DNA of 64,000 bases, taken from the sequence record NC_071039.1; one strand, 5' to 3'. The position numbers were made by a program, and so were the translations under genes. Positions 55,601 through 64,000 of this stretch are shown piece after piece. The notes beneath the pieces are model-generated. The model was not told the origin of the DNA. It saw nothing but the letters and a program-made list of their open reading frames with translations, and made no database searches. The first letter of the stretch is position 1; every line of letters begins with the position of its first letter.

Positions 55601-58600
55601 GTATCGTAATAATGCCATATCGAATCAGTTAAATTCTCAAAGTTTTGTAATAGATTATCATCTTGTATTAAATAACCATCCGCCTCAAACTTACCGTACC
55701 AATCGTTTGTGCGAATGCCGCGTAACTGAAGTCTTTTTTGTCTAGAGTATAGTAACGGATCGTATATAGTATCATTAAATATAGTTTTGTTATCAAATAG
55801 TATAGCGTGTTCTGTATCGCTTGTAGAAACACGGAATAAATATATTCCAATTTGGTCGCTTTCGTGAGATACAGAGATAGTTCTTCTGTCCCTGTCTATA
55901 ATAGTATCATTAGGCGATATAGCATATCCATTTTGATCTAATATACTATAAACACCATTTGATATTCTTTCTACCTTCTCGGGATAACCTTCGTTTACTT
56001 CTAATGTAATTTTAGAAGCGCCCGGGGCAACGAATAAAGTGTTATTTGGTGCCCATTGAGTAGTTGCCCAGAATAAGAATCCCTTAGCAGAAGTAACCCA
56101 ATTTAATACTTCTCCTGTAGTTTGGTCTATTTCGTTAAATTTCCATCCGTTTAATTCTAAATACTGACCATATCCTATTAGGAAATCAAATACATCTTGA
56201 GGAGTATCTAATTCACTTCCGTATTCTATTTCGTAGAATTCGCTATAATCACCTTCATTAATATAGTTTACTGTTATACCGCCAGTTGCAGGAAGTGATT
56301 TTAGACGCATCCAGTTATCTTGATTAAATTTTCCCTGTGCTGCAATAACAACGCATTGATAGTAGACTCCGTTGTACCGAACTACATCTCCGTAATTGTA
56401 CTGAACATTAGTGTCATAAATTGTGAAATTAGAAGTTGTTCCGCCTACATTTATTGTAGTTCCAGATACTAACGTACTTCTAGGAACAACTTTAAATACA
56501 GGATTTAATACATCATATCCTCTTACTTCAAATTTTCCATATTCGTTCACACGTATTGCAACACCGCTGAATACGTATTCAGTTATAGGTTTGCCGGTGT
56601 ATACTCTTACATGTATATTTTCGTTAGGTAACAACATGCTAGAATTAGTAGAGCCGCCAGATATACTATCAGCATATACGTTCAATGTATCTACATTGGT
56701 ATACCCTGCAAGTCTATGTGCTAAACAAACATCTAACGAACGTATCTTACTACCGAAATTGTATGTAATATCTTGTTTACCCATGAAGGACAATCTATCA
56801 AATACATATTGTTGATATCCAGAGTTTAACACTATATTTCCATTTACTACTTCGCCGTGGGCATATGTGTTACTATTAGCAATTCTAGTATATGTAGAAC
56901 TTGATATATACTGCTTCGCGTTTATGGGTGCTCTTGTATCGTCAAGTGGATTCCAGTATCTTTCTCCGAAATCTGCAGGTTTCATTAAATATAACAATTC
57001 TAACTGAACAAATGGCCATTCCGAATTGGTATACCATGCTTCTTCTACAGGACTATTGTCCCCAAATATCCATTCGTCTTGAAGTGTTTCTATTTCTTGA
57101 TTAGAAAGCTGCGGAACTATACCTAACTCCTCTGGTGTTTTTAAATCACCAGAAGTATCTGACGGTATTAGATTTGGAACTAATCCAGTTCTTTTATACT
57201 TTTCGTGGGTGCCTGCTCTATTGCCACGGCGAATTATACCGTTTTCAATATCAGTCCACATATCAGTATTTTGTGAAGTATAATCTCCATTATATTCTTC
57301 ATCCCACCAGGTCGGCTTTTCTACAAACCCTAACATTTCCCACGGTGTTTTATTAGGTGTTAGTGTATTATAGTAGTATTTGTATAATCCGCGCCAAGAT
57401 CCGATAGAATCGTTACTAACTGGACGATAATTCCAAGTTTTCCAGTTTAACGAATTAAATCCAGAATATAATTTATAATTAAGACTATTCTTTAAACACC
57501 ATTTTAAGAAATAAGGTTTTACTATTTCATTATATTGTTGCAGAGTATACCCGTTTTCATAAAATTTTGTCGGTTTTACATCGTCTAATTTAAGTAATAA
57601 ATTGTAATCTAGTCTAAATTTGTCGGCAATATTGTTATATATTCTTGTTTCGAATTCTAATAATAGATCATCCCTAATATCGCCGTAGGTGGGTATTTTA
57701 GAACCATCATGACCTAAAATTACTTCTGTAGGAGTAACATAACTAGTATCTACAATTATTTTAGGTTGATATACAGGATAACATCCTATTTTAGAAGGTG
57801 TTGCAGGTATTTTTGCAGAAAGTATGTTATTGTATATACGAACAATATACGACGTATTCGAAGGTGTGCTAGATAGTTTAACAACTAAATTATTATTAGA
57901 ATACGATAGTGTATAGTCTTTATCTATTGTTAATGTATTGTAATCAACAGAAGTGCCAGTTCTTCTAAATACAAGAACAGAAGAATCCATTTTACCTAAT
58001 ATGTTATTAGTCGGTACTAATAATGTATTTCCTACCGATGCGCTAGAGAAATTGTATTCATCGTATACATCACCCCATGCAGCCATATATGACTGTGTGA
58101 AGGCACCATTGTATTCGAACGTACTAGTAACGCGATTTATCACATACGTAAACAATGCATCTATGTTTACTGGGTTTGTATTTTGATTTAAAGGCGCTGC
58201 TATTAATTCTTTTGCATATTTTATGAACTTATCTTTATATCTAGTATACTCGTCGCGTGCAAATCTTATAGCAGAATTTATATTTAATTCTTCGCTAGAA
58301 GATACAAGCATTGTTTTTAACAATGGACTTCTATTTTGTAGAATAAATGTACCTAAAGATTTGTCTTCAGCAGTATCTCTGTAATTATTATTAGAACTAT
58401 AAGGATCTCCTTTAAATCCTATTTGATTAGTCATTATACTAACAAAATGGTTTGTTAACTCGTTCGACGAGTATTCATTTACTTCTAAGTTGTTAGGGTT
58501 ATTCTCTAATTGTTGTGGAATTTGATAATACCCTAGTGCGTTATCTGGTAAAGCTTCTTTAGAATAGGTGTATGTTTGAATAACATCGGTTGCAGAGAGT

Positions 58601-61200
58601 GATCTCAATATTTTTATAGTTTTAGTAGGTTTCCCGTCGTTATCTAGGACTATAGTAAATTCCACATTCTGTGCAAGGGTAGATTTATTGTATTCTACTC
58701 TTATGTCAAATATACCCGGTTCCAATTCTTCGGGTGTTACGCTTAGTTCGTATTCTTTTTGCGAAGAATCCGATACTACAAATCTATCTATTACTCTTTG
58801 TTTAGAATTTCCGTCAAATGGCACCCAGGTATGCTCATATGTGGGATTAGAGCCAGATATTGTATAATTCCATTGTTTAAAATAATAATAACCTTTTATT
58901 GGTTCGAATTCATTTCCGTTAAAGTATTGGAATACATCCATGTGAAGATCGTGTCTAAACACAATATCGGATATTTGACCTAAGTTTTTTACTTCAATAG
59001 GAAATCCTAGTATTTCATCGTCGTATGCACTTTCTTCATTTACTTTATACGAAAAAATCTTAGATCCAGCAAATGTGGATTGCGGGAAACTATCCAACGA
59101 AATTGCATTGTTATTAGAGTCTAAATCAGTATAATATAAATTAAATAAAGGAGCTTGGTTAGCATTTGTTTTTCTATTATAAGTCCTTTCCCATTGTACT
59201 CCAGTATAATAGAACATGTCTCCTGCAAATGTATCTCCTTCAGTTACTAATACTACATCTCCTTTAGCAACTTTTGTGTATTTGTTAGGAACAGGGATTA
59301 TACTGTTTACTACAGTATTGTCTGGTTGTTCTACTTTAACTATTTTCCATATATAGTCTGTTGCATTTAGTGTAAGAGTTTCGTTATCTCTTACTATTAA
59401 TTTAACAATACTATCGTCAGGCACTATATTTTTAAATTCTACTAATAGTGCATTATCTTGTTCTATTGTAAAACTAACAAAATCATCTGCAGGATTATAT
59501 AAGTAGTCATACGATACTGGATCATTGTTTGCATCTCTTGTATATGCATCTATTTGAATACCTATTATATGATTACCTATATTTTGTTGAGTAAAATTAA
59601 AAGTAAAATCATTATTAAATAAAAATGTTCTTCTAGCGCCTGGTCCTTCTATTGCTTCAGCAGCAGGCTTCTTATACATGTTTACTTTATTGTTTACATT
59701 TATTTCTACTTCGTCACCAGGCAATAACCCATCTATGTTATCATTTATAATTACATCAAATGCTAAATTAGTAGGTAAGGTAGTTCCTGTAATGGTTACA
59801 ATGCTATTATTCTTGCCAACAGGTGTATTTAATGTTTCTACATTAAATGTAAACGAAGTTCTTGGCTGTCTTATAGATGTTCCTCTGTTAACTACATCTA
59901 TAGTCTTAATAGTTCCTACACTAGATGGTGTATAAAATTTATATTCAATGCCATTTGTTATGTTTTCAAAACTAACATTGTTTATATCATACGAAATAGG
60001 ATTCCATTGCAATCCTTTTGTGTCTGCAATGAAATTCATTTGGTTTAATTCATCTTCGTACGAATACCATTCGGGATTGTAAAACATTTTGTTACCACGT
60101 TTTACAATTACAAATATATCATCTGTATCAGTAAATGGTTTTCGTAATATTATATTGTATGGTGCTGCATCTGCAATAAATGTATCTACAATTGGATAAG
60201 TTATTGTGCTATTAGATAAGAAAATTAACTTATCTTGATCTTCTAATAGTTTTCCATCAATAGTGTATGATGCAGAATTTGATATACTAGAAATATTATC
60301 AGACTCGGCTACTAGATTAACTTCACCTAAGTAATTATTTCCAGATTTAAATAACTCTATATCTCTATCAAACTCTATAATAGGTCTTCTTGCCTTAACT
60401 GCGTTGTTATATGTAGATGTATTGGTTGCAGAGGCAGAAGTTGCCATTACAGATTTATGATACCATTTGTTAGTGCGCGACCAGGCGTTGCCATCTCTGC
60501 AGCCACGTTCTATAGTGATATAATCTACCGAACCGACCGTATCTACTAAGTGAGATTCATCTTTTACTAAAATAATACCTTTTCCAACACCTTCTACAGT
60601 TAATGGTCTATTAAATGAAGACGAGTTAGTATATTGTATTCTGAGTCCATTAGAAAGCTGAATAGTATTACCGTTTTCTAATGTTATACTGGCGTTCTTT
60701 TTTCCTATTATATTGTTTATTATCCATTCGTCTGCGTTTATACCACTTTCGTTTTCTACTGTTAACATAATAACAGGCAGCCGATCTTCTATCCAATAAT
60801 AATTTTGGAAATTTATAAATTTATCTAAATCTATCGGCGGACCGAAAGAATAATATCCACCAGAAAATAAAGTGTCATTATTCTTTGTATTGGCACCATA
60901 ATAATTTAACCTGTTTAACAAGTCTTGGTAAAACATTATATTTGTTTGATCTAACGTAGTAGAATCAATACTATACGAGGTTGCTTCTAACTGATACCAA
61001 GTCCGTTCTTTAGTAGGTTCTGCTAAGTAATAATCGTTTATAGGATCATGTCTACCAGGAACTCTTCTACCTATGTAGGCAGTTATATCCTCTACATTCT
61101 TTTTAGAAAATAGTTGTTCAAATGTAGCTAAAAAGAATCTTTTTTGGGTATCTGTTCTAAATATACCAGGTAACTTGTTAAACGTTTTTAATGTTGCCAT
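49627..61200 (-). CDS. Giant baseplate wedge-type structural protein, 3857 aa
   Basis: 11.5-kb uninterrupted ORF; N-terminal LP..F.T...K.FF..T.EQL and PPID.DKFINF.NYYW motifs of jumbo-myovirus wedge proteins; lies next to a gp6-like gene. Confidence 0.85.
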   Translation of the reverse strand: MATLKTFNKLPGIFRTDTQKRFFLATFEQLFSKKNVEDITAYIGRRVPGRHDPINDYYLAEPTKERTWYQLEATSYSIDSTTLDQTNIMFYQDLLNRLNYYGANTKNNDTLFSGGYYSFGPPIDLDKFINFQNYYWIEDRLPVIMLTVENESGINADEWIINNIIGKKNASITLENGNTIQLSNGLRIQYTNSSSFNRPLTVEGVGKGIILVKDESHLVDTVGSVDYITIERGCRDGNAWSRTNKWYHKSVMATSASATNTSTYNNAVKARRPIIEFDRDIELFKSGNNYLGEVNLVAESDNISSISNSASYTIDGKLLEDQDKLIFLSNSTITYPIVDTFIADAAPYNIILRKPFTDTDDIFVIVKRGNKMFYNPEWYSYEDELNQMNFIADTKGLQWNPISYDINNVSFENITNGIEYKFYTPSSVGTIKTIDVVNRGTSIRQPRTSFTFNVETLNTPVGKNNSIVTITGTTLPTNLAFDVIINDNIDGLLPGDEVEINVNNKVNMYKKPAAEAIEGPGARRTFLFNNDFTFNFTQQNIGNHIIGIQIDAYTRDANNDPVSYDYLYNPADDFVSFTIEQDNALLVEFKNIVPDDSIVKLIVRDNETLTLNATDYIWKIVKVEQPDNTVVNSIIPVPNKYTKVAKGDVVLVTEGDTFAGDMFYYTGVQWERTYNRKTNANQAPLFNLYYTDLDSNNNAISLDSFPQSTFAGSKIFSYKVNEESAYDDEILGFPIEVKNLGQISDIVFRHDLHMDVFQYFNGNEFEPIKGYYYFKQWNYTISGSNPTYEHTWVPFDGNSKQRVIDRFVVSDSSQKEYELSVTPEELEPGIFDIRVEYNKSTLAQNVEFTIVLDNDGKPTKTIKILRSLSATDVIQTYTYSKEALPDNALGYYQIPQQLENNPNNLEVNEYSSNELTNHFVSIMTNQIGFKGDPYSSNNNYRDTAEDKSLGTFILQNRSPLLKTMLVSSSEELNINSAIRFARDEYTRYKDKFIKYAKELIAAPLNQNTNPVNIDALFTYVINRVTSTFEYNGAFTQSYMAAWGDVYDEYNFSSASVGNTLLVPTNNILGKMDSSVLVFRRTGTSVDYNTLTIDKDYTLSYSNNNLVVKLSSTPSNTSYIVRIYNNILSAKIPATPSKIGCYPVYQPKIIVDTSYVTPTEVILGHDGSKIPTYGDIRDDLLLEFETRIYNNIADKFRLDYNLLLKLDDVKPTKFYENGYTLQQYNEIVKPYFLKWCLKNSLNYKLYSGFNSLNWKTWNYRPVSNDSIGSWRGLYKYYYNTLTPNKTPWEMLGFVEKPTWWDEEYNGDYTSQNTDMWTDIENGIIRRGNRAGTHEKYKRTGLVPNLIPSDTSGDLKTPEELGIVPQLSNQEIETLQDEWIFGDNSPVEEAWYTNSEWPFVQLELLYLMKPADFGERYWNPLDDTRAPINAKQYISSSTYTRIANSNTYAHGEVVNGNIVLNSGYQQYVFDRLSFMGKQDITYNFGSKIRSLDVCLAHRLAGYTNVDTLNVYADSISGGSTNSSMLLPNENIHVRVYTGKPITEYVFSGVAIRVNEYGKFEVRGYDVLNPVFKVVPRSTLVSGTTINVGGTTSNFTIYDTNVQYNYGDVVRYNGVYYQCVVIAAQGKFNQDNWMRLKSLPATGGITVNYINEGDYSEFYEIEYGSELDTPQDVFDFLIGYGQYLELNGWKFNEIDQTTGEVLNWVTSAKGFLFWATTQWAPNNTLFVAPGASKITLEVNEGYPEKVERISNGVYSILDQNGYAISPNDTIIDRDRRTISVSHESDQIGIYLFRVSTSDTEHAILFDNKTIFNDTIYDPLLYSRQKRLQLRGIRTNDWYGKFEADGYLIQDDNLLQNFENLTDSIWHYYDTENTLDNPIIEQTARHLIGFQDREYLNNLRITGDQQYLFYKGMISQKGTKQSVDKLLRSEFIKSNENIQIYEEFAFKLADFGATNSNAQLEVLIDGDLVKSDPQIVELSYPVSYGTGKVSEVRVLSSEMIYTTTPIIVFATPEEANAGLDPNVDAYLQGNQLNSPNNSIVEEIRATGQVVLKNGRIDSVTITEPGYGYIKPPKIAIIYNQTVITIDKLISIIKNKIDEDSPYDMIITIDSDDNERWLSKPNGRMPVIVGNEIKYNDRLVPTTKQLDGNIPTAGYVNTKDVTHQILYPKNIFTLWERKDVSKPSLTSYIWVGNAASVGIDWGVFVIYSGLTPATNALYPYCVINNMIYSYTVDSDGVIDAIFDKEGKQVTNVPIQNPLFFKNVRFKNNATVNVTSGKVWIDSINSDNDWAVAVVSGSTITNIRSRQNLVDSKLFENAYFYDKDTKQTIDFLPVYDPVKGLIPGTADRNIHYKSEIDPTTYSVSANSANIDDELAFTDSEVGRLWWDTSTCRYLQYEQPGKLDGSETKEQILEYRRDNWGKLFPGSVINVYEWVSSPFTPDLYNGTGTPKSLTDYVVRYDTNSAGQATPIYYYWVKGKQEIPNNIKSRNMTSTSVENLITNPKSQGYKWFSFIGNNSFVFSNVSKTINGKTPVFQVNYRYTKNINEKHTEWKLLREGDEVSVIPTYLWNRLVDSLVGYNINGDIVPDPTLSEFSKLGIKVRPRQSMIDNRMAARKVFVQNANSLLSTISIKDFNPAWADGLASSVLWRYVNWYADGFNQFNTTPVKQVSTVGELTGLVGKLKDGDIVKLVRPEEFTLYQYSNQNFTLIGRQNSAIQLLPAIYTVSRSYTNDNALRELIFALYNNVFKDANLVMRNLVFFALINYILSEQQNLDWVFKTTYIKVNQEGESLTQQESVTTDPIQSFISYIKEIKPYTTKIRDLGVKYNVPMDIANGTAYDYDSLYDWPDDHEGEQAPFRPIEVPRLFDINSLYDRVQCGYITKPNYIDLGDQTFIGTGGQVVLIANTPNDEFIALDGISQYQLGANKDISRITSVTINGQEIEGYTFTTILNATFIILPSTPDAGDVIIVNYTDIKSVWKIKVDGKTITKEQYDVEINENGYLQVTFKSNTLIKIGSKIKLYSGTEFTQTPLEEMRLEYNARQPGKVLKPIFDLAIDPAGKIAGGWGIPKWGQLRWGIPGTIQEGNRQLWTEYLQYSGAAGRYILYQTDLQRDILSAAPINGSYPYSSFTERLYESSAGERDVLFQFNERFGDEYGCDYEGKVIDAKDFEYIFSRPWDSTKWDEYAWDASTATYVITPNYTETSATVISEGKTTFVIRYVVDITGVTLNGSSTQYTATKGSNFTSIEVPGAVEGDEIVFTFNPVTNTFNSDTSKPIIDGAYFEDTNVREGIPEEQALVSPTENMVIIVDSNAKTTEVQYVVTNTDTSNPFVKIVLTEKIVLQDIIGLVINGDPNTEDKLKFNIDNNGINTVVIAYPTSFSTGDIISVVYKDNYTSQTTVANDYRFDTNSVVRDNTQGYITVDLRNTKQNKDINTWDTFAWDPSIDSPENADSVYLLPIDMPTIANPDEVVAQASGQLTYKFVDITANGVDTMIHTGMNILPNRVQGVYSSGVAMYGYTVVVDNSGITPELVINFEIAPSAGTVITVKYQSYSIMKLDDYVSYVMNKYNITSVTTSEYKLQTIDMFVAANKRMISVSNNLYTRKSKEMLYTNTKLFTVDTSIRNFVGETVYINGISKTKDKDYTIEFTNITGDNAKLLVVYKGTLNAGDIIRIDWTETNIQKVTDIVNNSWVAVFNEQHNFINPVTMQGDNVVIKYPAKPLSFRVHLDEMGETHYVRISDYYSTRLAKPLKLTDKSIELVDASAIVDPSSSKPGVVWIGTERIEFLYKRGNKLHGLTRGSLGTSVYTGTNGDTTVPLYTRVFDGSYKQEQEDTGKYIWENNNGGLALSTTPWAIFLQNRPGSGLTP

Positions 61201-61206
61201 TTTTAG

Positions 61207-64000
61207 TTAAATTCTCATATTCATTTCTGTTAAGTTATTTACTATCTCTACATTAGCTACAGTTGCAGTAGATATAAACAATTCATCTGATTCTGCTCTA
61301 ATTTGGAATAAATTACCAAATTTAGAAGTTTGTTCTATAGGTACTATAACAACCGAACCTATAACTCCCGCTAGGGTTTGGTGAATGTATGCTGCTAATT
61401 CTGTATAATAGAATGATTCACCGAAATCCCAGTTGTTTATGTTGAAATATTCGTCTATTGCAGAAACAACTTTAGATTTTATTTCGTTATCGGTTAAAGT
61501 AGTGGAACCTACTTTAACTACTTTAAATGTACATTTGTATTCTTCTCTTGCTTGCTGGCCAAATAATACTTTAAATCTAGCAGGCTGGAATACAATTTGG
61601 TCCGACAGCATTTTGTATGTACTAAGATCACCAAATTGTATTCTTAGTTCTTCAGTAGTAGGCGATTCGGGGAAACGTTCGATAGGTAAATTTTGATTTT
61701 TCCATTTAAGGATATCGTCATAATACGATTGTGTTAAAGTTACCATATCTACAATATTACTTATACTAGGATCTATTCTGTTATCCGAAGGAGCATAATG
61801 TTTCCATTTATAATGCAACGGATAAAACTGAGAATCCTCGTTCTGTGTATAACCCCTTCCGTTACTAACACTATGGTCATCATCAAACACATACGATAAT
61901 ACAGCATAACTTGCAGTTAATGTCATAAACTGTGCTAATGAAGACGAATTAGCCTTCGCTGCGGTTATACCTGTTATTTCGTTAATAGTTTGATTATTTC
62001 CATTGTTAATGCGTATTGTTTCAAAAATACGACTACCAGGAGAATCTAAATTCTGTGTTACAATATTTATTCCGTCATTTTCTATGCGTTCTATAAAAAT
62101 AGTTGTCCCATCAACACTATTGTTACTATTATAATTATCAGAATATATTGCTTCTAATACTTTAGTCCTTAGTAATGATTTAAAAGATGATTCTGCTGCA
62201 CTTGCAATTAAAACCAAGTCCCTTGCAACAACATCATTATAATTAAAATCTAAACTATTAGGATTCTGTTGGCGAAGATCTAGCCAAGATGCTTGCCATA
62301 ATCTATTATATTCATACCCGTCGTAATCTGTAGTTTTTTCGTGAAAAACTAAATCAGTGGGTGAAACAAATTGTTCGAAAATAAAAGTATTATCTGGTAT
62401 ACCGTCTCTATCTCTGTCTGCAGGAACTACTACTATTTTTCTGGGATCACTATATCCGTCAGATTCTATAAATGTTTGGAAAGAATTCCAGACAATAGAA
62501 TTACCTAATTGGCCTTGATTAGAATAAAATATTCGTATAATATCGTTAACTTGTTGTCCTACGTATTCTGCATCTAAAACGCCAGCAGATGCAGCTCCAG
62601 TTGGCAATGCACCCGGTAATAATATGCCGTTTTGCCAATACTGAATTTCTTTAGGTAAAGTATCTCTGTATTTTAAAATTATTTTGTTGTCGGGATAAGT
62701 TAAACTAACTATACCATTAACCAAACGCCATTGACCGTTTCCGATAAACTGCCAATTTTCTACTATAGTAGGACCTGTGTTAATTCCTAGTATTTCTATT
62801 TCATCTCTTTGTGCAGAACCAGTGTTTATATCAAATTCGGTTTCGTCTGTATCGTAATAAAACTCTACAGTACCGTTTGTTTCAAATATAAACTTTGTTC
62901 CTCTCGATAAAAATGTGTAATTATCTGTTTCAGTAGAATATGTTAAAACAAGCATCCAGTCTTTTCTAACTGCAGGTTGAGATAAAGATAAATCGAATTC
63001 GAAATTATCTAAATTTGTAGTAGGTACGCCTAATACAATAAACCACGAACCTTCTGGATCTACATCTATATCGTACTTTAATCCAAATTCATTTCTTCTA
63101 AATAGTTGATTTGCTATATCTGTAGTTTCTTCTGTATCAAACGTTGTTTTATATCTAGGATATACACTATCTACATACCAATTTGCTGGAATTTCTATAT
63201 CAAATACAAATAAACTTGCGTTTAATCTAGTTGCAATAAACTCATTATCTGTAGTTGCATCCCCTTGTGACACCGGGTTAGTAATACTTTTAACGGTTAC
63301 TTCTTTATATTCTGTACCGTTTGTAAATTTAATTTTAGATCCGACAGAAAGGAATCTAAATTCCCCTTCTGGTCTATTATTATAATTCGTAGGATATATA
63401 TAGTTGGTAGATCCTTTAACTAAATATCCTGTATTAGTTGCGTCAGACGACGGATACGTTACCCACTTTGCTTGAGTAGAAGTGTATCTAAATATATTAG
63501 GAACTCCAGGACGAACAATAGAGGTATTTATGGGGTTAGGAGTTGGGTTTTGTCTATATCTTATATACTCACTTAGGTAATTATTCCAATAAAAGTTGAT
63601 TAAATCTTGATTTCTAATAAATGTCTGTAAATTATTTCTAACTACTATATTTTCGCTAACTAATTTATCACCCATTGCCACTGTAGTAGAAGGTACAGTA
63701 CTCTGATTGTATATAGAACCATCTTCGCCAAAAATATTTAAATTTTGATGAAATCCAGTAGGATCGTTAATATCTATATATCTAGAATGTCCAGAATGTG
63801 TTCTATTGATAGCATGAACTTTTGCAATAGAACTACCCTGCGTTAACGGGAAAACATTATAGTCCTCATTGTTTACCATTCTGTCTTGGGTATAATATAC
63901 TTGCGGTGCTCTGGTTTTTATCTCATCGTTTGTTTCTGTAGGTGAAGAATTAGATATAGTTTGTTCTAAACTAAAAATTAATCGAAGATCATATTGTTGA
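61207..64000 (-). CDS. Baseplate wedge protein (T4 gp6 / baseplate-J-like), 5' end outside the window
   Basis: Frame is open upstream of ORF-track ATG 63879 to the window edge (...RAPQVYYTQDRMVNNEDY, the gp6 AP..Y.TQ.R.V..EDY motif); C-terminal W.FGESFY..EL..YIH. Confidence 0.85.
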   Translation of the reverse strand, partial: QQYDLRLIFSLEQTISNSSPTETNDEIKTRAPQVYYTQDRMVNNEDYNVFPLTQGSSIAKVHAINRTHSGHSRYIDINDPTGFHQNLNIFGEDGSIYNQSTVPSTTVAMGDKLVSENIVVRNNLQTFIRNQDLINFYWNNYLSEYIRYRQNPTPNPINTSIVRPGVPNIFRYTSTQAKWVTYPSSDATNTGYLVKGSTNYIYPTNYNNRPEGEFRFLSVGSKIKFTNGTEYKEVTVKSITNPVSQGDATTDNEFIATRLNASLFVFDIEIPANWYVDSVYPRYKTTFDTEETTDIANQLFRRNEFGLKYDIDVDPEGSWFIVLGVPTTNLDNFEFDLSLSQPAVRKDWMLVLTYSTETDNYTFLSRGTKFIFETNGTVEFYYDTDETEFDINTGSAQRDEIEILGINTGPTIVENWQFIGNGQWRLVNGIVSLTYPDNKIILKYRDTLPKEIQYWQNGILLPGALPTGAASAGVLDAEYVGQQVNDIIRIFYSNQGQLGNSIVWNSFQTFIESDGYSDPRKIVVVPADRDRDGIPDNTFIFEQFVSPTDLVFHEKTTDYDGYEYNRLWQASWLDLRQQNPNSLDFNYNDVVARDLVLIASAAESSFKSLLRTKVLEAIYSDNYNSNNSVDGTTIFIERIENDGINIVTQNLDSPGSRIFETIRINNGNNQTINEITGITAAKANSSSLAQFMTLTASYAVLSYVFDDDHSVSNGRGYTQNEDSQFYPLHYKWKHYAPSDNRIDPSISNIVDMVTLTQSYYDDILKWKNQNLPIERFPESPTTEELRIQFGDLSTYKMLSDQIVFQPARFKVLFGQQAREEYKCTFKVVKVGSTTLTDNEIKSKVVSAIDEYFNINNWDFGESFYYTELAAYIHQTLAGVIGSVVIVPIEQTSKFGNLFQIRAESDELFISTATVANVEIVNNLTEMNMRI

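Noticed and set aside
45911-61696. Small plus-strand ORFs inside the virion module
   Set aside because: Antisense to long structural CDSs; no RBS, and amino-acid composition reflects the reverse-complement codon bias.
1-64000. tRNA, tmRNA, rRNA, integrase or transposase genes
   Set aside because: No cloverleaf/T-loop signatures or recombinase motifs recognised by eye; tRNAscan-SE or ARAGORN would be needed to exclude them formally.

Overview
AT-rich fragment of a large lytic dsDNA phage. It looks like a jumbo myovirus, probably of Pseudomonas, judging from host-like GC-rich genes and Pseudomonas-prophage-type cassettes. The architecture is reminiscent of the PA5oct / Rak2-like group, which I cannot verify here. 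Bases ~0.4-44.4 kb are an almost entirely plus-strand accessory (early / host-takeover) region driven by sigma70-type promoters. It contains: (1) dense arrays of roughly 50 divergent 40-105 aa paralogous microgenes, many below the ORF-track cutoff; (2) at least four promoter-defined or ORF-free, highly base-paired non-coding segments (ncRNA candidates); (3) about 25 copies of a Fur-box-like palindromic operator in terminator-operator-promoter cassettes; (4) three GC-rich paralogs with charged low-complexity tails; (5) two prophage-derived GC-rich cassettes, one with a tyrosine-phosphatase-like gene and Ead/Ea22 genes flanked by a 43-bp direct repeat, the other with a DUF1566-like gene carrying a DGR-like variable region; (6) a pyrimidine-dimer glycosylase-like gene and a macrodomain-like gene. 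Bases 44.46-64 kb are a minus-strand virion module (tail-fibre/baseplate proteins, a 3857-aa wedge protein, and a gp6-like wedge protein truncated by the window end). No tRNA, rRNA, CRISPR array, integrase or reverse transcriptase was seen. All family assignments are motif recognition by eye, not database searches.
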